Shown here piece by piece: positions 56,778 to 64,000 of a stretch of DNA of 64,000 nucleotides. The notes under the pieces were generated by a model. That model was given only the letters and a program-made list of their open reading frames with translations. It was not told where the DNA came from and made no database searches. A program made the position numbers and the translations under genes. The stretch is from sequence record NC_016163.1. One strand, 5' to 3'. Numbering within the stretch: position 1 is the stretch's first letter; each line of letters starts with the position of its first letter.

Positions 56778-57353
56778 ATGAAAAACTCTCTCATCGAAAA
56801 ATTGTTTTCTGTAAAAGCTCCTGTTTCAAATAATGCAATCCAGACAGTAGTTGGTAAGGCTGAAGTACGGAAAATGATTTTCCATTATTATACAGAAGGT
56901 TCAATTAGTGAATCATTTGCTGAAATGATTTTGGGTATGAAAGTCACCAAGAAAGTTCCAATGGTAGGTAATTTCATACCTGAAGAGATTCTTCGTATTG
57001 AAGAACTTAATGCGAAAAACTTCTTTAAGTTGGTTGGTACCGATAAGGTATTCTTCTCTCCGGTAAAAAATACTGGCTTCTATGAAGTATATTATGCTTT
57101 CCAGTCAGATGTAGAAAATAAAGATGGTAATCTGGTACTACGCTCTAAAGAAGAGTCTACCAATACCAAAATCAGTTCTAAGGCCAAGTTTGAAAAAACT
57201 AAAGTAGAAAGTGCAGTGTATTTTGAAAAAGATACAATGTATATCTGCTTAGCTGATGAATTGATGTTACATTATCTCTCTCCTGAAGTATTCAGTTACA
57301 ATGAAGAAGAGCGAATTATCTATGACAGTAATCTGTCATTAGTAACCAGTTAA
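56778..57353 (+). CDS. Hypothetical protein
   Basis: 191 aa, AAAGG RBS. Confidence 0.78.
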   Translation: MKNSLIEKLFSVKAPVSNNAIQTVVGKAEVRKMIFHYYTEGSISESFAEMILGMKVTKKVPMVGNFIPEEILRIEELNAKNFFKLVGTDKVFFSPVKNTGFYEVYYAFQSDVENKDGNLVLRSKEESTNTKISSKAKFEKTKVESAVYFEKDTMYICLADELMLHYLSPEVFSYNEEERIIYDSNLSLVTS

Positions 57354-57375
57354 TTCTCTCTCTGTAAGCCCCTGT

Positions 57376-57768
57376 ATGGGGCTTTATTTTTATGGTGACT
57401 ATATGTTTATAGTAAAATATCCAGTAACTGAAAAAGATAGAAATGTGAATTTTTGGTCTGTAGGGAAATTATTCATTGCATATAATTTCTTTCTCCTGTT
57501 AGAAAACAGGAAAAGATATCCTTTTACTAGTTGGGATGACTATATCTACAAATATATTGCTCCTGACAGAGATCTTGAAAGATCTTTTAATATAATTTGT
57601 ATTGAGCGAATAAGAAAAGTAAAAAGAGCTACATTAGTAGATGAAGCTCTAGGATCACAACTTTATTCTATTTCCACTAACGTATTAAGAAGCGGGTTAT
57701 TTAGATTATGTTCACGTTCAAAAGGGACTCTGTATCAAGGGGTGATCAGGAACTGTATGACTTGGTAG
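57376..57768 (+). CDS. Hypothetical protein
   Basis: 130-aa ORF, first of an overlapping array. Confidence 0.55.
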   Translation: MGLYFYGDYMFIVKYPVTEKDRNVNFWSVGKLFIAYNFFLLLENRKRYPFTSWDDYIYKYIAPDRDLERSFNIICIERIRKVKRATLVDEALGSQLYSISTNVLRSGLFRLCSRSKGTLYQGVIRNCMTW

Positions 57769-57974
57769 CAACTCTTTCTACATTTCATTTGCAAGTTATA
57801 TTAGGTATGGAACGTTCTGATCAGTACACTTTTTATGAATTTATAACTAGTGGTCATTTTAGAAATTATTTGTTACTTGATCATCCGATAGATATGATGA
57901 TTAGAATACCTTTAACTAAACCGACAGCTAAGATATTGATATCTACTGGCAGGATAATACCATGTTACTTCTAG
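57708..57974 (+). CDS. Hypothetical protein (start uncertain)
   Basis: 88 aa. Confidence 0.5.
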   Translation: MFTFKRDSVSRGDQELYDLVATLSTFHLQVILGMERSDQYTFYEFITSGHFRNYLLLDHPIDMMIRIPLTKPTAKILISTGRIIPCYF

Positions 57975-58282
57975 TTCTTCATCCAGAATCAAGTACTGAT
58001 ATGAAAACATATGCCAATCTTTTGAAAATACCTTTTCATCGTTTAGGTGTATCAGGGCTATGTTTTAAATTTTTAGATCTAATTCATAAGCCCACTAGCG
58101 AAATTCATTTTATGAATAATGATGATTATCTTGAGGGGGCTAAAAATTTTGGACATTTTCAAGTGCTTCATAGACCTGCTGATTCAATAAATGCAATAAC
58201 ACCTTTACTGAATTATGTTTTGTATATTAATTCAGATGTTTTTTCGATATATTGTATGAGACCTTATCATGCGAATCTATAA
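57962..58282 (+). CDS. Hypothetical protein
   Basis: 106 aa, AGGA RBS. Confidence 0.6.
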   Translation: MLLLVLHPESSTDMKTYANLLKIPFHRLGVSGLCFKFLDLIHKPTSEIHFMNNDDYLEGAKNFGHFQVLHRPADSINAITPLLNYVLYINSDVFSIYCMRPYHANL

Positions 58283-58664
58283 AGTTAAGAAAATATATTA
58301 TGTTTCTTATATAATGAAACAAATGGTTTTTTCTCTTACAAATATTGATTCTCCTGGATTTAAATTAAGATTATGGCATTCTTTAATAATCTATAATGGC
58401 GGAATGCGCCTTATCCCAGGAGTGTATTATTTTGATGATACAACTCATCTTGATGAAATGGTTCAAATGTCAGCCATTTTTACCGAAAATAATACTACTA
58501 ACCATACTAATTATCTGGATGATGAACGTATGGTTAGGTCTGATAGTTTTTTGATATATGTTACTGGAGAAAACAATTCTACTAGAATTTCCACTCCTTA
58601 TTCTTATTTGCAAAGGGTACAAGATGTATTATGCTTAAACTTAAATGTGCAAATAACCGATTAA
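58269..58664 (+). CDS. Hypothetical protein
   Basis: 131 aa. Confidence 0.6.
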   Translation: MRIYKVKKIYYVSYIMKQMVFSLTNIDSPGFKLRLWHSLIIYNGGMRLIPGVYYFDDTTHLDEMVQMSAIFTENNTTNHTNYLDDERMVRSDSFLIYVTGENNSTRISTPYSYLQRVQDVLCLNLNVQITD

Positions 58665-59005
58665 GTATTGGTTATGTAAGATCAAGTAAAGATTTGGAGT
58701 TAGTTCGATTACATGGAAAGAAATTCATTAATAATAATAGACTGCTGGTAATGGATTTAAATTGTAATCATTCAGCAACTATAGATTATTTTAGTGATAG
58801 GGTGATAGTTACAAGTGTTTTTGATTTAGATACTCAGATGCTTAAAGTGCAAAGAGAATTAATGAATAATGGTATTAGCGGTGCTTATAGTTCTAGAAGC
58901 TTCAAAAGTATGGGTTCAGCTTTATTTGGCACAACAGACGGAAGAATAGAAACCATGCATATAGAAGAACATCAGTTATACATTGAAGGTAAAAAGTTAT
59001 GGTAA
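58631..59005 (+). CDS. Hypothetical protein
   Basis: 124 aa. Confidence 0.6.
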   Translation: MLKLKCANNRLSIGYVRSSKDLELVRLHGKKFINNNRLLVMDLNCNHSATIDYFSDRVIVTSVFDLDTQMLKVQRELMNNGISGAYSSRSFKSMGSALFGTTDGRIETMHIEEHQLYIEGKKLW

Positions 59006-59478
59006 TCCATCAAGTGCCTATACCTCATGAATATCATTTTTCAGAAAATTGGTTCTACCGAGCTTTAAGAGTTTTATCAATCAGTTTTATCGGGTTTCAG
59101 TTTCTGGAAGATGGAGAAGATTACTCTCCTTTTTATATGAAAGATTCTGACAATAAGACTATGAGTGATTATTTTAATACAGAACATGATTCTACTAAAT
59201 CTCGTAGATCTTGGTTTGATAGTGTGTCTGAATATATAACTGATATGGTTGATTGGTCTAGTGACGAAGATGAAAGAGTAGCCATTAAGTCTATAGTTAA
59301 AGAGGAATTCTTTAACTACTACCAGCGAATCGTGAATTCGGATATAATTAATTTAGAAGGTACCACTCTACATGGTTTACCTCCAAATAAAAATGGTATA
59401 ACTTCTAGTACTGTCATAATTTTACTCCATATTTTCTTTAAAACGGAAATAAAGTATGTTCAAAATCACATTTATTAA
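58999..59478 (+). CDS. Hypothetical protein
   Basis: 159 aa. Confidence 0.62.
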   Translation: MVIHQVPIPHEYHFSENWFYRALRVLSISFIGFQFLEDGEDYSPFYMKDSDNKTMSDYFNTEHDSTKSRRSWFDSVSEYITDMVDWSSDEDERVAIKSIVKEEFFNYYQRIVNSDIINLEGTTLHGLPPNKNGITSSTVIILLHIFFKTEIKYVQNHIY

Positions 59479-59998
59479 AGAAAGAATGAATTTATTTGCT
59501 GGTACACCATTATTAGGTTGCTTAGAAGCTTTCAATCCTTTATCAAGAATAGACACATTAGAAGGGTTAAAGCATAAAACTATTTCTAATACAGGAATAA
59601 AGTTTTTTGCAGCATTAGAAAAAGTACTTATTACCCCTCCAAAAAAATATCATAAAACTTTTGAAGAATTAGATATAGATTCTTTTAATACTTCATTAGA
59701 TAATTTTAAAAAATCTAATTCTGTTACTTTTCCATATCGCCGTCATCAGTTATATTCATCTACTCCTAGCGGTAAATCAAACTTTTCAGCATATATACTT
59801 GCTTCAAAAATGTCAAGTAGAGACTTAGATGAATTAGTCTTAGATAAAGACTTAATATTTTATATTAAGTATCCTGAAACCATTGCCCCGCTTAATCTAG
59901 CAAATATACCTAATTTAACAGGTCTACATTTACGAGCTAGACGATCAATTTCTCCTAATTATATACTAGATTCATTGTCTGGTATTGAAGATAACTAA
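59456..59998 (+). CDS. Hypothetical protein
   Basis: 180 aa. Confidence 0.62.
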   Translation: MFKITFIKERMNLFAGTPLLGCLEAFNPLSRIDTLEGLKHKTISNTGIKFFAALEKVLITPPKKYHKTFEELDIDSFNTSLDNFKKSNSVTFPYRRHQLYSSTPSGKSNFSAYILASKMSSRDLDELVLDKDLIFYIKYPETIAPLNLANIPNLTGLHLRARRSISPNYILDSLSGIEDN

Positions 59999-60057
59999 AA
60001 AATTGAGAAACTCTAACTAATCATTAGAGTTTCTCAAAGTTAATCTTTTTTTAACAC

Positions 60058-60074
60058 ATATATTATAATTGTGT
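60058..60074 (+). promoter_or_regulatory. Putative early promoter
   Basis: ATATATTATAATTGTGT. Confidence 0.65.
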
Positions 60075-60104
60075 ATAGTCCTAAAACAATGGAGAAAAAG
60101 TAGA

Positions 60105-62081
60105 ATGGCTTATCAAGGTAATATCCCTGATCATGAATTACATGACCATTCATTCTTAGGTGAAGAACTACTAATCCCTATGGTTAATCATTCGGATGGT
60201 GGTCGTATCAACATGTTCACTCAGCATCAGTCTCAGCTCACTACAATTAATCATGGTGAGCCTCCTTTGGTATTTACTCGCTTTGAAAAACAAATTGGAA
60301 AGTATTCATCTGGTCATCGTGATGTAGATGAAAAAGTTAAGATTAAGCGTATTTTTGAATTCAATGATAATCGTAAATTGATTCTTGTACATTATCCAGC
60401 AAGAAAAGAATATGATATTATTGAGTTTAATAGAGCTGTTAACCTTACTGAGTATTATGGTTATCAATCTATTCTCAATGATGAAGTAGAAGAAGGTGCA
60501 GTTATTGAACCAGATGGTGAAAAACCTTGGATTTTCAGAAACAATATGTTCGATGATGATTTGAATTTATGTTATGGTTTGAATCTCAATGCTGTTTATA
60601 TTCCACTAGAAGGTCTTACTTATGAAGATCCATGTGTAATTTCTGAATCTACTGCTAAAAAATTCTCACATACTGAAGTAAAAGTATATCGAGTAGTACT
60701 CAACCGAAACGACGTTCTCATCAATTTACTTGGTGACAGTGACCATTATATTCCATTCACTAAGATTGGTGAGAAAATTAAAGATGGTATTTTATGTGCT
60801 GTTCGTCGAATTGACTATAGCACTATAGTATCTGATTTTAAAGATAAAGAATTCTGCATCCCTCATCCAAACGATGATACTATCTATAATGGTAATGGTA
60901 CCTTAATGGATATTAAGGTGTACAGTAACATCATTGATGACTCCCTACCTTATAATAAACCAATTTTGGATATTCTGGCTAAGCAATTTGAAGTTTATTC
61001 AGATATCTTAGAAGTATGTACTGAAATTAAAAACTCTGGTAAAAAAGTAACTGATGACTTTAATCATTATTTACAAAAAGCTAGAGACCATTTGTCTATT
61101 AAAGATTCAAATAGTAATATTCCATTCTCTCAGGATAAAAGTACCTTTGAAGGTATTGTAATTGAATTTATTGTAGCCGAAACTAAACCATGTAATCCTG
61201 GAGATAAACTTACAGGACGCTATGGTAATAAGGGGGTTATCTCTCAAATTCGTCCTGATAATGAAATGCCTAAAGTTGAAGGTACAGATATGCATGCTGA
61301 TATCTGTCTAAACTTCTTAGGTGTATGTGGTCGTATGAATATCTCTCAGCTATTTGAGCAAGAATTAAACTTCATTGCTGATAATATTCGTTTTAAATAT
61401 ATTGATGATCCAGAAAATAAATCTAATCTTAAAAAGTTCTTTAAAGACCTTAAGAGTTTCTATGAAATTGCTTCTCCTAAGCTTTTAGAGTACATTGATG
61501 GTTGTGATTTGGATGATATAAAAGAGCTACTTGTTGAATTCATTAAGTATGGTATTCCTATTCATCAACCACCATTCTTTGGTAACGTTAATCATATCGG
61601 TTTAGAAGAATTATATAATCGTTTCCCTACGGAAAAATATAAGTTTGAAGGTATCCAGCAACCTTTAATTATGGGTAAACTGTATTTCGTTAAACTTAAG
61701 CACATGCCTAAAGGTAAATTCTCAGTACGTTCCGCTGAAATGACTAACCTCATGGATGTACCTTTCCGTAATAACGAATCTTATAAGAAACATAGTGCAT
61801 TGTTTAACAGTAATGCTATCAAGTTAGGTGAACAAGAAGCATTTAACCTTAATTTGATTGAAGACCCTGAAACAATTGCTAAGTTCTATAAATCTTATTC
61901 TTCTAGCCGTGTTCGTCGTCAAGACATGCTTCATCAAGCATTCATGGCTAAAAGTCCTGATGATATTGAATCATTTAATGATAATATTGATGAAGAATCT
62001 GGTCGAAGCAACCCTTCTCAAAGCGTAAGAGCCTTGCTTAAAGGTGCAGGTATGACCATCATTGATTCAGATGATGAATAA
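60105..62081 (+). CDS. rpoB: Non-virion RNA polymerase beta subunit, C-terminal part (AR9 gp089 / phiKZ gp71-73-like)
   Basis: GGRINMFTQHQSQL, TYEDPCVISES, GDKLTGRYGNKGVIS, GRMNISQL, YFVKLKH, KLGEQE; start at ATG 60105 with GGAG RBS. Confidence 0.94.
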   Translation: MAYQGNIPDHELHDHSFLGEELLIPMVNHSDGGRINMFTQHQSQLTTINHGEPPLVFTRFEKQIGKYSSGHRDVDEKVKIKRIFEFNDNRKLILVHYPARKEYDIIEFNRAVNLTEYYGYQSILNDEVEEGAVIEPDGEKPWIFRNNMFDDDLNLCYGLNLNAVYIPLEGLTYEDPCVISESTAKKFSHTEVKVYRVVLNRNDVLINLLGDSDHYIPFTKIGEKIKDGILCAVRRIDYSTIVSDFKDKEFCIPHPNDDTIYNGNGTLMDIKVYSNIIDDSLPYNKPILDILAKQFEVYSDILEVCTEIKNSGKKVTDDFNHYLQKARDHLSIKDSNSNIPFSQDKSTFEGIVIEFIVAETKPCNPGDKLTGRYGNKGVISQIRPDNEMPKVEGTDMHADICLNFLGVCGRMNISQLFEQELNFIADNIRFKYIDDPENKSNLKKFFKDLKSFYEIASPKLLEYIDGCDLDDIKELLVEFIKYGIPIHQPPFFGNVNHIGLEELYNRFPTEKYKFEGIQQPLIMGKLYFVKLKHMPKGKFSVRSAEMTNLMDVPFRNNESYKKHSALFNSNAIKLGEQEAFNLNLIEDPETIAKFYKSYSSSRVRRQDMLHQAFMAKSPDDIESFNDNIDEESGRSNPSQSVRALLKGAGMTIIDSDDE

Positions 62082-62137
62082 ATAGAATTCGGGTAATAGT
62101 GTAAAAGCTATTACCCGTATCTATCTTATTTTTCTTC

Positions 62138-62154
62138 ATATATTATTAAAATGA
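62138..62154 (+). promoter_or_regulatory. Putative early promoter
   Basis: ATATATTATTAAAATGA. Confidence 0.7.
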
Positions 62155-62184
62155 TAAATAATTTATAACAATAAGGAGTTTATA

Positions 62185-62433
62185 ATGTTGACTATTTATC
62201 ATTTTATCATTAATAAATTAAATTGCCTGTTTTTCGTTCTAGTTTGTTTTGTACTGTTCCTACTCAGTTTTAGTTTATACGATTTCCTTAAACCGCAAAT
62301 TGTCCTGATGCATCCTTTCTTAGCGGTTATTTCAAGTTTTGTTTTAATTGTGTTATATATTGGCTTTACTTTAAGTGCAGCTAAAACAGTTTCCGATTTC
62401 GTTTTATATTTTACTAGAAATAAAAGAAATTAA
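62185..62433 (+). CDS. Small 2-TM membrane protein
   Basis: Two hydrophobic segments, AAGGAG RBS. Confidence 0.72.
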   Translation: MLTIYHFIINKLNCLFFVLVCFVLFLLSFSLYDFLKPQIVLMHPFLAVISSFVLIVLYIGFTLSAAKTVSDFVLYFTRNKRN

Positions 62434-62504
62434 CAGATCTTTAGTAGTATCCCCCTAAGAAATTCTTAGGGGTTTTATAAATCTTTTTTTTCTGGATAAT
62501 AATT

Positions 62505-63080
62505 ATGAATTGGAAAAAATTTCTTCCTAAAGTGGCTCTTTGGCTGGTGATGGTACCTGTGGACTTTATTATGGTTCTTACGGCCTATCCGATGTCTCCT
62601 ATCATTGCTCTAATCTCTATGATTAAAGGTGAACCTCCTAAATGGGCTTGGTTGTGGCTAACTTATGATAACCCTATTGATGGTGATAGTGGACATCTAA
62701 AACGTTGGGCCGATTATGTGGCTAAGTATCCTAAATGGGGTGTGTATTGCCGTAGAACTGCTTGGCTCTGGCGTAATAAAGTGTACAACTTTGCGTATAC
62801 TTATGAAGGTATCAGTGTAGGTAAGATTGTTGTGGCTTCCGGTAATCCTAATACTGAATCTGGTAAACCTGGTAAAGAAGGTTATATCTGGTTAGTTGAT
62901 GAAAATGGGTATTGGTGTCTATTCCTATTCAAACATTATACTAAAAACCTAGCAGTGCGTATCTATATTGGATGGAAATTTAAAGGTCTGTTAAAAGACC
63001 CTAATGGTAAAATTGAACGTTCAATGTTTGCTAACTTCTTTAGTCCATTTAGAATCTGGACTGGAAGTGACGATAAATAA
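62505..63080 (+). CDS. Trp-rich phage membrane-associated protein
   Basis: N-terminal TM; WLWLTYDNPIDGD...WLWRN.VYNF...IGWK motif of a widespread phage family. Confidence 0.7.
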   Translation: MNWKKFLPKVALWLVMVPVDFIMVLTAYPMSPIIALISMIKGEPPKWAWLWLTYDNPIDGDSGHLKRWADYVAKYPKWGVYCRRTAWLWRNKVYNFAYTYEGISVGKIVVASGNPNTESGKPGKEGYIWLVDENGYWCLFLFKHYTKNLAVRIYIGWKFKGLLKDPNGKIERSMFANFFSPFRIWTGSDDK

Positions 63081-63090
63081 ATGAATTTAA

Positions 63091-63115
63091 CCCATATCCT
63101 CAAAAGGGATATGGG
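63091..63115. terminator. Hairpin, CCYWTATCC family
   Basis: CCCATATCC...GGATATGGG. Confidence 0.8.
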
Positions 63116-63137
63116 TTTCTTAATTTCTTTTTTAAAA

Positions 63138-63154
63138 ATATATAATTAAATAGA
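63138..63154 (+). promoter_or_regulatory. Putative early promoter
   Basis: ATATATAATTAAATAGA. Confidence 0.55.
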
Positions 63155-63178
63155 ATAATCAACTAGTAAGGAAATAAA

Positions 63179-63463
63179 ATGAATATCTATGTAAATGAAT
63201 CAAATGGTGATGTCTACCAGTTAAAACGTAAAACGGCTCATAATGTCCTCTTTGATATTCTTTCAAAAGGTGATAAAAAAGAAGCTACAGTTATTCCTCT
63301 ATTAGCTACTAAGCCTTTAAAAGAAATGTCTGAAAACGATTATGTAATTAAAGTTCTTAAGAAATATGAAAGTAATGCTGAAAGTATCACTGTTAAAGAA
63401 CTTAATACATTACATAATCTAGGGTACCAACGTTTAACTCATGTAATGGATATGGCGATATAA
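63179..63463 (+). CDS. Hypothetical protein
   Basis: 94 aa, AAGGA RBS. Confidence 0.75.
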   Translation: MNIYVNESNGDVYQLKRKTAHNVLFDILSKGDKKEATVIPLLATKPLKEMSENDYVIKVLKKYESNAESITVKELNTLHNLGYQRLTHVMDMAI

Positions 63464-63464
63464 T

Positions 63465-63965
63465 ATGGAAATCAAACGTTCTTCATGGCATTTTATGCTA
63501 AATGATATTTTTTATAGTAATCCTGAAAAATTTAATACTCTGTGCTCTTATTTCTGGAGGACTGTATTTTCTGTATTCATAGTAATTATAGCTTTCTTAG
63601 CAGTTATATCAGCAGGTATGTTATATGGAATAATGCTTACTGACTGGTATATTGATAGTCATCCTAATACTATGATAGCTGATATAAGTTTGATATATCG
63701 TCGCCTAATCCAGATTCCTCTAGGTTTGATTGGAGTGATTATTACATTCTTTACTATAAAGTATTTAGTAGCTGGTTGGATTAAATTTTTAGTAACTCTT
63801 GGTGGATTCTTTAAACTTCTGAGAAAAAGTATAAAGAAACTGACTACTAAGCCTTTAAAAACTACTGTTAGTGAAATTAAGAAAGAACCGTCTTTAATTA
63901 TTGAAATGATTAAAGCTAAAAAGAAAAAGTATTGCCCAACCATAGAGTTTAAAGGTAAAAGATAA
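63465..63965 (+). CDS. Membrane protein (SSWH...LCSYFW family)
   Basis: Two TM segments, basic C-terminus. Confidence 0.72.
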   Translation: MEIKRSSWHFMLNDIFYSNPEKFNTLCSYFWRTVFSVFIVIIAFLAVISAGMLYGIMLTDWYIDSHPNTMIADISLIYRRLIQIPLGLIGVIITFFTIKYLVAGWIKFLVTLGGFFKLLRKSIKKLTTKPLKTTVSEIKKEPSLIIEMIKAKKKKYCPTIEFKGKR

Positions 63966-64000
63966 AGATTCCATAACTTTTTATTAGTATTATATCAAAG

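Noticed and set aside
1016-63115. Recurring hairpin read as a CRISPR repeat or REP element
   Set aside because: Copies are single, dispersed at gene ends and not separated by regular spacers; no cas or transposase gene is present.
1-64000. Nucleus-forming (chimallin/PhuZ) phage, tRNA genes, or a bacterial chromosome/prophage origin
   Set aside because: No tubulin or chimallin motifs, no tRNA T-loop/acceptor pattern, and no integrase or host housekeeping context were seen. The rpoB/rpoC/groEL/recA-like genes are split or divergent phage forms. Absence applies only to this window.

Overview
AT-rich 64-kb segment of a jumbo myophage of the AR9/PBS1/phiR1-37 type, infecting a Gram-negative host (a spanin pair is present). 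It carries six pieces of two split multisubunit RNA polymerases: the 3' exon of a beta-prime subunit behind a group I intron, non-virion beta-N, beta-C and an AR9 gp226-like promoter-specificity subunit, and virion-type beta-C and beta-prime-C. It also carries a GroEL-like chaperonin, a RecA/UvsX-like recombinase, a primase-like protein, RNase HI, baseplate and head proteins, two homing endonucleases and arrays of orphan genes. Two promoter motifs are readable by eye: ATATATWAT-N5-TGA (12 copies, before early/accessory genes) and AACA-N6-TAG (12 copies, before virion and lysis genes). The second motif and the gp226-like subunit suggest uracil-containing DNA. The most notable undescribed candidates are a three-gene bacterial-type module (TelA-like / DUF6384-like / coiled coil with Ser-Gly tail), a triplicated disulfide membrane-protein family, an acidic stand-alone DNA-mimic candidate, a promoter- and terminator-bounded structured RNA, and two apparent recoding sites. 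All family names come from motifs I recognise from memory; no searches were run. No tRNA, rRNA or CRISPR array was seen.
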